Source: Amoebophrya sp. A120 | Taxonomy: Eukaryota; Protista; Dinoflagellata | NCBI GenBank assembly: GCA_905178155.1 | Contig: CAJINV010000002.1 | Coordinates: 9,187,412-9,251,411 of the forward strand | Direction of reading: 5' to 3' | DNA length: 64,000 nt | Shown: one piece after another, positions 25,167 through 39,100 of the stretch | Layout: every line of letters starts with the position of its first letter | How positions within the stretch are numbered: position 1 is the stretch's first letter | Notes under the pieces: model-generated | Told to the model about the DNA's origin: nothing | The model's input: only the letters and a program-made list of their open reading frames with translations | Database searches by the model: none | Translations under genes and position numbers: made by a program

Positions 25167-28100
25167 ATGGAGTATTTGCGAACCTCTTTATCTAGCACCG
25201 CGAGTGGACTTGGTCTTGAGCCTGCCGCCGTGCTTCCTTCACTTTTTTCTTCCTGTAAGAACTCCGTTGGAGAAGATCCTTCGGTTCTGTCGCCAACCGG
25301 GCTGCGAGAGCACTGCGGAGATGAATCTGTGGCGAAGGAAGATCATGATTCCGTCTTGCCGCAGTTCGCTTGTAAAAAAGGTGCCGAAGATGTTGAAAAG
25401 ACGGACCAGCGGGACACCGTGGCATGCTACGATGACAAGGTTCCTTGTGTTTTCGCTACCACAGCCGGAATCACAAAAACTTGTGTGACAACTACTTCCG
25501 ACGTGGCAGCGTCGCCATCTTCGGGGGTCATTGACAGCGACGTGCCCTGCGATGGTGTGAAGACTACCGCTGCAACCGGTACGGCTACTACCAAAAATGT
25601 CAACAACGTGCTTGGGCTTGCTTGTTCTACGCCACCAGATGAACGACCAGAAGCGCCTTTGAAATTTTCCGAGACGATGAAACAAGAGGAGGCTGTCCAT
25701 GTCATCTCATCGCACGAGGTACAGATCGAAGCCGCCGCTTTTCCAGCGATCTCCACCCCGGCCGACCGCGAATTTGTTTCTCCGAATATCGAAGACAGAC
25801 TTGTCGAAGAATCGAAAAAATATGAGGGTCCGATGGAGGACGAGTCGAAGTCGGAATTAGTGGTTTTGAAAGTGCAGGAAGAGAAAACGCAGCTGAAAAT
25901 GAATGACAGCACAGGACGAGCCCAAGTCAGCGCGCCAGCAACAGCCTGCGCCGAAACATCATCAGCCGGCCCGTATATGATCAACGATCCCTCGCGGTCT
26001 TTGCCCGCGCCGACGAAAAAGCTCTCCGAGAATTGTTCGACTCGGGTAGGAGACGCCTCGTCGTACTGCGGTGCTTCTACCACATCCACCAATCGCTCCT
26101 CGCCCCGCTCCACCAGCACGGATTCTGAGCGATGCGGGGTTGGAGCGTCCTTCGTTGGAGTGGTGAAATCTGTTGCTGTCGACGCAGAGGAAATAAAAGG
26201 AAGTACGTCGGGCCACGACGGCTGCAACAAAGACGAGAGGGATGTTGAGTTGGTTATTCACGACCCGCCCCCGTCCCGCCTTTTTGTCGAGCAAGCGCTT
26301 GTCGGTGTCGCGAGCTGTCGTGTAGTTCCTCACGAAGCCGAACGGCAGCCACGACAGTTAGAGTTTGGATCTGATTCAGCATTTTTGGAAATGTCGAAGA
26401 CCACCAGCAGTACCGGAATGTTGCAAGGTGATAACGTTTTTAGTATCGATTGCGCCACCACCGATCGCAAGGACGAAGTCAATGACGAGATCGAAATTAA
26501 TGGAGGAAAGACCGCAACACCCGTTCTTCTTCTTACCGACGGAGATTCTGCATCTCTAAAGCCGTCGACAGCACCAGCACCAGCCGAATTACCGTTGTCA
26601 AAGATTTCACCTTTATTGGCCCCCTGTACAAGAAGCCTGTCCAACGGCGAAGACGGTGAACATCCAAGTGAATTACGTACAAGCGAAACTCCGGCAGCGT
26701 CAAGCCCGAAGCTCGTTTCTGTGCATACTGGAGAAGACAATAGTCAAATTGAGAAAAAGATCAATATGATCACCAAGTCCAATATTAAAGGCGAAAATGA
26801 AAACGAAAACAATCGAAACCAAGAGGAACACGTGGACGATCACAAGGCCCGCGACCGTGTGGGTAAGACCGTGGTAGCCGCAAGCACTACTACTACTTTC
26901 GCTTCCCCTGGTGGAGGGAGTACTACAACTTTCGCTTCCCCCCTGCAGCAGCAACATGACCGTGAATCTCTGAGCCATGATGATGTGTTTCACTCTCCGT
27001 GCTGTGACGATCAAGTTCCAGTTTTTGCGTCTAACGATTTATTGATGACAGAACAAGCTCCTGCAGCGATGAACTTGAACATCAATCCAGAGCAGCGAAT
27101 GCGCAAGGACGCCACGGGTCCTGGGCGGGAGAGGCCAAATCTTCGAGTTGAGGTTTTTATTGACAACAAGGAGCAAGAACAGGAAAACAAAGATGAGCGT
27201 CGGCTGCAGTTACAAGAGCAACAAGAGGCTGATCGTTTGGACAGAATCTTAGAGGCGAAGCGCAGCAGCGACAAGCTTGTCTTGGAAATCGCGGAGAATT
27301 TACTGTCATCCGTCACGATGCCGGTGAACGGTGGAGGCAGGTCGTCTTGTGCGAGCCGGGTATCCTCAACCGCAGGGGGTTCCGGTTCGATGCAGGGAAC
27401 AAGAACTGGCGAGCAAACGGGTGAATTAGAATTACACTCGCAACGAACGTACAAGGAGACCTACATCGGTCAGTTTCTCGGGGCGCTCAGCAGGTCCCAA
27501 TCCTTGGGGTCGCCCGAGACCACGGGAGTGAAATTAGTGAGAACAACTTCATCTACTTCGAACAGGTTCTTGAGCGTGTCATCTTCTGGAAGACCCAGCA
27601 GAACTTCTTCATTACTGACGAAGAACAGTCAAAATCACCATTGTGCTGTCCTTGGGGCTGAAACAAGCAAAGCCAATGGGTCAAAATCAAAAACATCTGG
27701 CGAAGCTGTGCAGAACTACGCCAATAGTACTGCACTTGTATTGAAGGACTATGCCGAGAAGGAGAAGAAAGATCAAGAAGAAAACCTTCAAAAATACGAG
27801 GCAGCAATGGCACTACACCACCCGCCCGGGAGGACGAGTAAATTACTTCATCCAGGAGGCGAGCTGGATAAGCAAAAGCATGAGATTTTGGAAAACACGA
27901 CGTCCGGTTCATCACCCGACCAGGAACAAAAAGTCGACGCTGGTCAGCATGTTGGTCTACGACAAGAAGAAAATGGAGCCGCTGGTGCGAGTGTGAACAA
28001 ACCGCGCTCCTACTCTTCATTTCTTTGCGTGGAGGAACAGAGTCCCGGGAAAATGGATTTGCAGTCGATTAAGCAGCGGGTCTGGGAAAATTACAGGAAC

Positions 28101-31100
28101 TTACAAAAAGAGGGCAAGGCTCGCTGCGCAGCCACGGCCAACTGCATTCAAACGACTTCCTCGGGTGCCTGTCAACACCACGTATTGACGGACGACAACA
28201 GCAGTAATTGCGGTACTAGCAGGAGCTACGTTGGGTGCGCGCAGTATGATGAAAACGTGCCACCTGATCGCGGTGCGGCGAGCAACATCTCATCATGCTC
28301 GCAGCAAGACAAGCCAGCAACTAGAGCCTTTCCAAGCTTCTTTGATCGTATGAAGGCACACACAATGCGGCTGCTGCAGCGACAGCGAACAGGTGGGAGG
28401 ACCTCTCGCGCCAACAGTACCTTCGGCGTCAACACTTCGCCAGCGGGAGGGAAAGATCAAGAGGCGCAAGAACACGACCAAAATGCTGCGACATATCCGC
28501 AATCGGAAACTTTGGAAAATAACAACACTGGCACCCGCGAACAGCAAGGACCGACCGACGAAAGCGACACAAAAGGCGCAGGAGCGGCGACAGAGCTTCA
28601 GACAACTGCTCAAGACTCGAACTTTTCACAGCCTAACGGTTCTTCCACCCAAGAGATACCCATCGTGGATACGCAACTGCAGCAGGAGCAAAATTCGTCC
28701 TCTCGGCCGCATTTGTTTTTGCGGAACGTGCACAAGAGCGAGCGCGAGCAGAAACAGATACAGAATGTGCGTCTGCACCAACCGCAAAACAATCAACGTA
28801 AAAAAACCTCTACCGGCCTCCTGGTTGTGAATAGCAACCCAATCGCCACGACTGCCAGCAGAGACATCACGACTAGATCGAGAAACTTTTCTTCGGTGTC
28901 GACGCATCACCAGGGCGGAGGAGGTGCAGCGGGTCCTGGGACGACTACGACGAGGAGTTCTTGCAGCACTGCTTCACAGTCTTGCCGCAACAATTTCAGC
29001 TCTAGTCGGCAGAATCATAATCACAACTTCTATCAAAACCAGAGGCTGTCGTACGCGCAGTACCAGCAGCAGAAATATGAGCAGATCCAAAGGGACCGTG
29101 CCTACCGCCGCCGCGTGCGAGAACGGGAACAGCAGTGGTATTACCAAAACCAGCAGGAGGCGCTACAGCGGGAGCACGAGCTGTACGTAGAGCAGTGGGA
29201 GGAAGAGTGTCGGCAGAGGAATCAACATTTTCACATGCTGCAGCAACAGGAACAGCAACAATACGGATACAACCAGCAACATCAAAATATGAACCAGTTT
29301 GATAATGATGCTCCACCCCATGATGACCCGGGTCGTGGGCAACAGCAGATGAACCAGCAGCAGCATAGTGTTCAGATGCAGGGACAGTATCAGGAGCAAT
29401 TGTATCATCGCCAGCACCTCCGCCAGCAGAATCACCAGCAGTGTCAGTACCAGGAGCAACAGTTGGCGCTAGAACAGGAGCAGCTGCGCGAAGAGCAGAT
29501 GCTCTTGGAGCAGGAGATGCTTCGGGAGCTATCAAAATGAAAAATCCCCCCTCCCCACATCAAAACGAAATTTCTGATGCTGGATTTGCGTACACAAATC
29601 CGATTTGTATTGCAGGAAGGCACTGCGGCCAGATTCCCAGGCTAGGTAGGGGCGTATGAGTCTAGTTGTTCAGCATGCCAAACGGCTCCCCTTTAGGCCC
29701 AACAGCATGGCAAATCGCTTCCGTAATGGGGCGGAGGCTTCTGCCCTTGTCTTCTTGCAAGACAGACGTGATTTGTGACCTCAAATCAGCAGCGCAAATT
29801 TTCGAAAACATAACTTTGCAATATGGGGAGGGGAGATTTTTCATTTTGATAGGAGCAGCAGATTTTCCAAGAAGAGCAGATCATTCGAGAACAGGAGGAG
29901 CACATGCGTTTGCAGGAAGAGGAGGAGATGCGTCGCCGGCGGCAGGAGGAACAGGACGAACAGCTGCGGCTGGGGCAGGACCGGAACATCGATGATGTGG
30001 TGCACATGCAGTATCAGACGCAATTGGAAGATTATCATGCGCAGGAGCAAGAACAGGCGGGGGCTGTTGTTCTGCCTGCGGATGTTGTGCATCAGCAGTA
30101 CAGCTGCAACCAACAAATTGTCACCCCACAGGAACAACGCCAGCAGCACGTCGTGCTGCTGATGCCCTCGCAGCGGCCTTCAGGAGCTTCTGTAGCGGGT
30201 TATGTATGCGGATCACCTCTCGGGTTGGTGCCACCTGTCACAATGCATCATAATCTGCCAGGGGGCGCAGCGGTGATGCATCATAATCAACATCTAAGCG
30301 ACCACGCAGTAGGACAGCAACATTGTTCTTCATCGGCGCAATTTATGAACACCACTAGTACGGTCTGCAGCCCGTACGCCGGCAACTACCCCAAAATGGC
30401 AGTTGGAAGTCCCAGTGGTTTGGTGCTCCAAGATACGGGGATCGATCATTACCTCCAGCAAGAAGAATTCGCGAAGCAGCAAAACAAACAAGAAAAACTG
30501 CGGTTGCAGTTGCAACAGCAGGGATATAAACCGGCAGCTTGTCAAGGTCCAGAGGAAGATCATTCAAATGCTGGGCCACACAATGTTAATTCGATGCCGC
30601 AAACGGTGTCAGAGGAACTTTTTCACCAGCAAGTTGCGTTGCAGCAACGGTTAGAGCACGAGCTGGAGCAGCAATTGATTGAAGCTAGTCAAAATAAAAA
30701 GTCCTCAACCTCGACCACGAGTGTCTTCCCTTCACTCGACGAGCAGCTGCAACACCAAGGGCTGCAACAAGAGGAACAATACCAGTACGACTTCTCAGGA
30801 TCATCCTGCGCTCAGAGCGTCTCCGAGAAAAATTTTCCGCGCGACGGCTCGCGAGGTGGAGCGGGAGTCGAAGTGGTGCAGCAGTATGATCTACAGTCTG
30901 GAATAAAGACAAACAACTACAATGGCGCCGGTCAAGTAGTCCATGATACAGTTCTTGCCGCGAGGACGGACGCCGTGCAGGAGGCTGCTTCCATGATCCC
31001 CTCCCCGGCCACGGCAATGTACAACGACGCCATGTATCATTTGCAGCAGGGCGATTCCTTTATGCTGGACTCCGCCACCGGAGCCGGCAATGAGAATGAC

Positions 31101-32325
31101 CAAAACGCGGGCGGAGCTGCTTGTACAGCTGTTTTTTCTTTCTACTTATTTCGATTGATTCATTTTGATTTGCCGGACAGAAGAAACAGCACGTCAAGCC
31201 ACTTCTGATAAAAATAAAACCATCTTTCTGCTTGTTGCTGTCAAGTACATTCGTTGCCTGTGGGTGTGGTGTACTTATAATTCTCGGTTACGTGGTTAAG
31301 AATACCTGGCTGCGTTTTTATATTTTGCATGTCGAACAAATTAAAATTATCGGCATGACGAAAAGTATCTGAAAAACCAAACAGGCAACACAAATCCGAG
31401 TTACGCCTTTCACGACGCGCACCAGCTGAGTACCAAGTCGACGGCCGCACCGACCGTGCCGAGTTACAATGGCAAGATGTCGGATCCGGACACGAAGGAC
31501 ATTCTGGTGAACGAGAACAAAAAAATGGCGCACGAAAACACAACAACTACCGCCGGAGCGTTTTTTGCCAACCAATCCCGGATGGGTGGGTCCTCTGGTG
31601 ACACGTCTTCATGTGAAACTGCGGAAAATTTTGATCCGGTCTGGGTCCCGCCCCAAGGTGGTTTTAACGGCCGGGAGGAAAGCGAAAATCATGGAAATCC
31701 AGCTGTGCAGAACAACGAGGACCACGAAGCGGTTAGCAAGAAGAACCAACAGCAACATGAACAAAACGTGTATAGTAATCAAAAACAGAGCAACACAATA
31801 AATCATAAGGCGGCGCAGCAGGAGAAGTACAACTATGCTAGCAGCTCCAATTTGTATCACAGTTTTACCAAAAACCATCCAAGAGCCACATCGTACGCTT
31901 CAAGCACGACGAGTCACCAGAATTATAAAGCGACATCTTCGACGACTTCGACGGGATTTTACAATAGTTATTCGGAGGTCGTAAAGTTTGGAAAAAATAA
32001 ACATAACGCCGGGTCTAATATTACCAGTGGTTCCACGACACAGGTGAATCTGCAGGGAAATTCAAATTTTGGAAGTAGAGCGAGCGTGTCTGCATCGAGT
32101 AAAAAAACGAAAACCACGACGACGGCGAGCGTGGACCCTTTTGCGGCACTGACCATGCAGTTCTCGGATGCTGTGCAAGAGAACGTGGAGCGCTGCAAAA
32201 AGGAGCGGGAGGAACGTGCCGCCGGTAATGTTGGAGGGCAGGTGGTAGAGAAGGAATTGGATCACAAATCTTTACTGACCCAGTTATTAAACGACCTGGA
32301 TGAAGATTGCGACGAACAGTTGTAA
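25167..32325 (+). CDS. Large low-complexity, Gln-rich hypothetical protein
   Basis: ORFs 25113..29540, 29904..31208 and 31456..32325 are joined by the introner at 29530 (LRE-Q-QIFQEEQ) and a probable GT-AG intron 31123-31384. No recognisable domain; the start codon is uncertain. Confidence 0.7.
29530..29851. mobile_element. TIR introner, family D, 322 bp, TSD GGAGC
   Basis: Left TATCAAAATGAAAAATCCCCCCTCCCCA, right TGGGGAGGGGAGATTTTTCATTTTGATA. GGAGC at 29525-29529 and 29852-29856. An in-frame TGA lies within the left TIR, and removal restores the Q/E-rich frame. Confidence 0.95.
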
Positions 32326-34920
32326 GCTCTCCACTCTACTTCCTTGATGTTTTAGTTTTTTTTTTGAGATATGGATAGACTCATTTCACACTTTTTACCA
32401 GACCTCTGGTATTTGAGAAGCAGATGCAGAAAGATACATGAAATATGTTGGCAAGAGAGGATCTGCAAATAGGCATGTTCTAGGTTTAAAGTTGCTTTGT
32501 AGTATGTGCATAAATGACATAGATAAAGACCATTGTCTAAGAAAACGCTGGAGCAATGTGATAAGCAAGTAATCGTTTATGAGCTTCGAGCTTTGTACCG
32601 GTAAAGTATCGATACAGTTCTCGTTTCCGTGTCGGATCGGACAACACAGTGAAAAAGCTAAGTTTTTTTAGAACCGGTGGATATATATTGAATAGAATTT
32701 TCTTTCATACTCATAGCTCTAAGAGAATGTTATACCCTATTAATTGTTTGGCTACAAACTAGTACTCGAACAGTATTTATCTTCTTCACAAGAGTACCGG
32801 AATGCATGTACCGCCGTCGCGGCATCGTCAATTAAGTATCATAGCAGCAAGTTTTGGGCTGCAGAATATTTAGGTAAGTACGTTCGGCCGGCGGGGGCGG
32901 AGATGAATTTCGAGCTGGCTCTCACGAAAGACGCGATGCTGAAGTTGTTGCGGCTTTGCTGCAACCAAGGCGCGGATGTGGCAAGGTCACGGCGTGATAC
33001 CTTCGGTCACGCTCATCAATTTGCGAGTACTGAATCCTTCTTATGATGAGAAATTTCTTATCCCAGGAGCAATGCAATAGTACGAGTCAACGTGTCATCA
33101 AGGCAAAGGCTGTAGTTTCAGCATTTGTTGCAATGTACCCATGTTAGACCACAAGTTGAGAAAAACAAACGCAGCACCTCATGCATACCTACGAAACAAG
33201 CTCATAAGCTGACACTGATTTTTTTATTTTTTGCGCTCTAGGCATGATTTTCGTTTTCAATTGATTCGTGCAAATGCTAGTACACTTTTCTGTGATGTTT
33301 TCTTTGTACCGGAAAGTCTAGTCAAGCCTAGTTCAATTTCAGGATTTCTACAACCTGCAGATCTACAATAATCTCTCTCTGCAGGCGAGACCGGAGCTAA
33401 ATGTTGCGACCTTGCTTTCCTTTTTTTCTCCAGCAGTTTGAACTTGTTTATGAAGTCAAGAACTGATCATAGGTTTTCGCTCTCAAATGTTAGAGAAGTA
33501 TATCGATTTTTTACAAGTTTTCTTTTTGTCTTACCGACAGCGTACTCGAAAAAAGATTAGGTAGTACTCTACATTTTGCAGTTGTCTATAGAAAACAACG
33601 AAACTCGTCTCGCTTTTTCGTGGCTACGTTGCGTTTCCACTAGTTGGCGAGGCTGGTAAAACGATAACGACTTGAGAAGTTGTCTTCCGTGTATGTTATT
33701 TGTCGTTTCAACATCCTAGCTACTTGGTATATAGAATTCTATGGACTAGAAACAGCTCAATCGTGACTGCGAGGAGTGTTTCGCGATGCAGCGGACGACG
33801 GGCTTCGATTTTCAGATCAGAAGCAAGGCCAAGTGGTCTTATTCTTACAAACACGGAGACTGCGGAACAGTGCCATGCGTCAGAAAAAGTATATGGGGAG
33901 TGCCACTTCACGTATTAAAAAAAAAGCAAACGGTTTGAAGTTGAACAACAAAGGCGAAACGTAGGGGGTCTGTGCTTGCCTGCTGACACAGTTAAATGAA
34001 CCTAGGTCAACATCAAACGCATTTTCGAACAGGAAATGGAAGCTACTGATCGGTAATCACTCGTGCCAGGAACTCATATACTAATACTTACTTTGCGACG
34101 ATATGTTTACAACTAAGTAGAGAAAGCGGTAGTTCTTGTCAGTGCGCACCGACTTCCTTTGATTCGGGAACGAGAAAGCAGGGTAGGAAATCTTTCGCAC
34201 TGCATGAAATCGATCTCAAGGCACAGGCGCACAAGATAATGACGAAAATCAGGGCTTTGTGTTGCTGTTGCGTTGCCGCCACAGCTTCCTACGTTTTGTT
34301 GTATGTGCAAATCTTTATCACCGTAGATAGATTACTTAAGTGTGAGTCTAGCCAGTACGAGTTTGTAGACAGCATGGCATAGCTATACTTGCAATGCGTG
34401 TTGATGTCGTGTTTTGCTTTCAGCTGCTACCGATGAATCTTGAATGACGAAGGTGACAAAAAACGATGATAGACTGGTGGAACCTATGAACGCTTGACGT
34501 AAGAAATGGCACAGTCTGACTCTGAGTCTACTCCTTGTTGTCCCGCAGGCATCACTTCGCTGCATAATTCGACCACCAGAAAGAGTGCTTGCTTTGTTTT
34601 GCACCTGGCTGGCTCCAATATCTGTGCGAGGCGCGAACCATGTGTCACATCATGAGAGGCCTATTTCTGGCGATGAAACGAGAGTAGTGGTCAGTGAGTA
34701 GCCGTTTCCTTCTAGAGGGGAACTTAGCAAGTAGTAAATCTTATCATAGACAACTACATGCGATCTGCTGCCATAATTTCTTTCGCGAAAGTCGTCCGAG
34801 CGATAGCAGTACCTCAGGCCCTCGTCAAAACGTGGTATAGAAGGTGAGTCCGTAGGTTATAGAGGTGCAGCTTTATGAACGAGTGCGCCATTTGCTAACA
34901 CTTGACGAAACCACACTGCT

Positions 34921-35383
34921 ATGGGTTGTGCCCTCCCTTCGTGCGGCGCTCCGCCGTGCCCGCCGAACGCAATCGACATTGTTGCCGACGTGCCGGGCTC
35001 GGACCCGACGCACAGCACCTTTGACGTTGTAGCGAAAGGCATGTTTATGCCGGAGCAGCTGCGTCCTTTTTTGAGCGAAAAGGAGTACGAGGACGTCATG
35101 ACCGAGGTGAACACCGTGATCAAGAGCCGTACTTACCCGGTCCGAGGAGTGCTGCCCGCCCAAACCAGGGTTGCTCGCTCTGTGGTGTTTGCTGATCGTC
35201 ACGATTTTTGCCGCGCTCGACTGGATCATTGCACGGTCCATCCGGAAGTTGGACAAGTGTGAAGAAAAAGTGAAGCCGTGGGAGGAAAAGGGGCTCGTGG
35301 TCCGCTTCTACAAAGGGGTTCCGAGCTTGAAGCCGCCCTTACAAAATAACCTGATCCGAGTCCACATCCCGCCAGGGCGGTAA
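34921..35383 (+). CDS. Small lipid-anchored membrane protein, Erf4/GOLGA7/CHIC-like (tentative)
   Basis: MGC N-terminus (myristoylation/palmitoylation-type) and PEQLRPFLSEKEYEDVMTEVN helix followed by hydrophobic LLALWCLLIVTIFAALDWII. Two overlapping ORFs are joined by a phase-1 40-nt GT-AG intron 35129-35168. Confidence 0.6.
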
Positions 35384-36179
35384 GTAATGGGTTTTCATTT
35401 GTGGCTCGCTAATTGGGATGATTTTTCGATCGTCTGAATATGAGCGGTGCGGTCTTCGTCTTGGTTGGACTTGAAGATGATATGAATGCTTTCTATAGCG
35501 ACGTGGTGGCTGGAAGTTTGTAATCAGGCATTTGCGGGCAGCTTGTCATCGTGTCCTCCTCACTTCAGAATCTGCAACTGCAGGAGCTATTCTTTTGCCG
35601 GCTGTTGCTAATCTTTTTCGAAAAAATTTTCTCCTAGCATATTGCTCCGCTTTGGAGGATCATCTTTTTCTTTCGGAAAATAGTTCGCAACGCAATCAGA
35701 ATTGCTTCTTTCGTAGCCTGATTGCCCGTTGATGCGTACGAAGATTCATACGACTCACGTATAGAAGTACAAGTAGAAGAAGAAGCCTGGAAAAGCAGGA
35801 CCGATTTCATCGTGACCTGCTATTATCATCGTATCTATGCGTTCCGTTCTTGTTCTTCATTCACTCAGCGGCTGAATACTTAGATCTACGAAGCACCACG
35901 ACGCATCGTATTCCAGGATGAAGATCAACTACAAACGTGCTCAATCCTATTGCATATGCTTGTGAACACGTCAACAGTTGTGGTGGATTTCCATTTTCAC
36001 AATACCGCTTGGAAAGGATTCCGCAAAAGGTTTTCCGATCAATTTCAATTCTGCAGAAAAAAATAGTTCCTCTATGTATTCATTCCTGAAGTTGTGCCTT
36101 TGCCCGCAACTGCGAATAGAAGACATTGGTATTGTTCCTGATAAATTTGTCGCGACCTTCACCAGACGCAGACTTGCGC

Positions 36180-39100
36180 ATGGCAACCGCTCCCGGCAGG
36201 TCTGTCCAGCAGGTCGGCGCGGCCGGGGCTGATGCCGGCGGTGCAGCCGAGATGAAAAACCGGACGGGCGATGTGGAGAACCCGAACTCCCACAGCAAAC
36301 TCGTGGTGTACAAGAGTCGGGTGGCGTATGTACGGAAGATATGTCGCGAGGACGAGTATCTCTTGCCGCACCTGAGGCATCCACACCGCGAGCACTTTGA
36401 GCACTGCCGGCGGATAATCCTGGACATCAAGGAATGGTGTATTGGAACTGTTTGTGAGGTTGATTTTGGAGGAGCATAGGAGTGCAACGACCCATTGTTT
36501 CTTAAGTCTGTACCTCTTGGTTTTATTGCATAAAGTACGTAGATCTAGAACTAGTACTAGATGCAATATGTATCCGGCATGGTGCTATCACTGAGGAGGA
36601 CGAACATCGAGCCCAAGCACCGCTGTGACGGAGTATCAACATTTCCGGACTCCAACTCAGGGCCAATCCGGCGTTTTGGCACCAATGGCTGAAGGACGGT
36701 GGGCTCCCCGATGCGGAGGTGGAACCGGACCTGATTTCCATGCGGCCAGACCAGGTGATGACCCGCATGCGCACCTGGCTGCGGTACCCGGAGCGCGCGC
36801 TGTCCATCCGGTGGCAGTCGGTGTTGACGGACATGATTCAGGTGCTGACCGACCTGGGGATGCAGCTGAACGACCTCTACTCCATGCTGTCCAACGACCG
36901 CTTTTCCGTCGTCGCGCTGTGCGACGTTTTCGCGGCGTACGACGAGATCGAGCGGGTCACGGTGCAGATCAAGCGGAAAAAGCGGCGGAAATTCATCGAA
37001 ACAAGCTGGAACTGCGACAAGGAGAAGCGGTTTCTGCTCATGGTGTTTCTCGAGTGGAAACGCACCGTGGAGTACGAACGGGACATTGAGGTGTTAAAGC
37101 AGTACGTGGAAAACACGAAAATAGCCTTGCAAGACGCGGTGGAGGCGAACGCCATGCACGACTTTCTGTTGCAGTTCAAGTTCCGGTATCAAATGTAAAA
37201 ATGTCTGGGTCTGGAAGATCACCAGGTTTTTCATGCATATTTTCAATGACCCATGATGTCTGTGATGCATGCCCTAGCATCACAGATTTTTAGAGGACTT
37301 TGTGATGCCTTTGCCGCATGAGAAATGCCCTCTCCGCGTTGCACAAACTTGAGTTCTCTTGCTGGTCATGCTCATGCAATACTTACAAATTTTTTCAGAA
37401 TCCAGAGACAGCATTACAAGTTTAGAACCTTCCAGACCCAGACACTTTTGCATTTCATATCCGGCTCGAAAACGAGGTGCTGCCCGCTCTCGAGAAGACG
37501 GAGCAGGAGTTGATCGAGGTGAAAGTGGAGCGGGATGCGTTGCAAAAGGCCAAAATCCAGTTGGAGAAGGTATGACCCGCTCAGACGTTACAATCTCAAC
37601 TGTTACAATAGAATCTGGATTTTGTGATGCAAGAAGTGCATGATCTACCCAACTCGCATAGCTTTGCGCATGACAAGTTCTGGAGTGCCAAACCGCACTA
37701 GAATCTGCCGAAATTTGTATTGCGAAAAGCGCAATACTCTGCACGTTCCTCATGCTCTTCATGCAACACAAATTCCAGATTCTATTGTAACGCTTGAGAT
37801 TGTAACACCTGAGCGGGTTATAGAAGGAGTTGAAACAGGTGAAAAAGGAGTTGGAAATCACGAAACAGCTGTACGACCGGATCAACCGGAAGATCCGATA
37901 TCAAATGTAAAAATGTCTGGGTCTGGAAGAGTGCAACTTGTGATGCTGAATTTGGATTCCACAAAAATCTGTATTGCATGAGCAGCAAAGGGAGTGTAAT
38001 TTTTGCTACGCGGAGAGGGCATTTGTCATGCGGAATAGGCATCGCGAAGCCCTCAAAAAATCTGTGATGCTAGGGCACGCATCACAGACATCATGGCCCA
38101 GGCAAAACATGCATGACAAGTCTCAGAATCTTCCAGACCCAGACATTTTTACATTTGATATCCGAAGATACATCCCCAACGTGGCGAAGTTGGGGGAGCG
38201 GTTGGGCAGGTTCATGGAGGAGGCGCTGGTCCGGTTCGTGTTGCAAGGCTTCACGGCGAACAAACTGCAGGAGTTGCGGTTCATGTTCAAGAAGCTGAGC
38301 GCCGCGCACGCAGACACGCTCTTAAAGGTAGAGGAGGACGCGAAAGAAATTAGGGGCTTGAACGACAACATCGCAGATCTGGAGTTGAAAGTGTCGAAGT
38401 TGGAAGAGGCGTTGGCACATAATATCGGTATTCTCTTTGCTTGCATGTATCATGAAATTAGTTGTGCAGATTGAGTCCATGAATAGAAGAATTGGTACAA
38501 GGAGGAACCAGGTACCCTACCGAACCAGGTACCCTGGACCAGGTACCTGGGACCAGGTACCTGGGACCAGGTACCCGGGACCAGGTACCCTGGGACCAGG
38601 TACCCTGGGACCAAATACCCAGGGACCAGGTACCCAGAAAGCAATCCCCGTCCTTGGGTTGGCAGTTTGGTGGGTGGGTTCGTTTTTCGCGTGCCAGGGC
38701 GCCCGCTTCCGGGCGGCCAGAGCGGCGTACTGTGGTGCGCTGTATCCACGGGCGCGTGCGAAAAAAGTCTGCACATTTGGCCACCGCGTAGCATGAAGAA
38801 AGGAGCGGCCTCCCCTGGTTCTAAAAACGGCGGACCGGCGTACCCTGTTCCGTTGGTGCCTACAAGGGCTGGGCGCCCTATGAAAAGAGGCACCGGGGGC
38901 CCACGTCCAGGCATTCGCGTCTGGGTGCCGGTTGCCCACATCCAGGCATTCGCGTCTGGGTACCCGGGCCGTTACCCACGTCCGGGTATCCACATCTGCG
39001 CACCGGGTGCCCCCCTCCGGGCACCCCGGTCCGGAGATGTGCCCACCTGGTGCCCAGATGTGGATATCGGCTGTTGCTGAACTGTGGGCACCCGGTGCCC

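Noticed and set aside
26884-26942. Short direct repeat encoding TTTFASP twice
   Set aside because: Ordinary intragenic duplication in a low-complexity protein, with no TIR and no frame disruption.
29662-29844. Apparently conserved small protein shared with ORF 56194..56511, and recurring peptides such as KMSGSGR, FQTQTFL and LPDPDIF
   Set aside because: The similarity is at the DNA level between introner copies. The frames are short, on varying strands and lack consistent starts.
38503-38634. Repeat array superficially like a CRISPR
   Set aside because: Units are adjacent with no unique spacers, mirrored at the other end as an inverted array, with no cas genes and a eukaryotic context.
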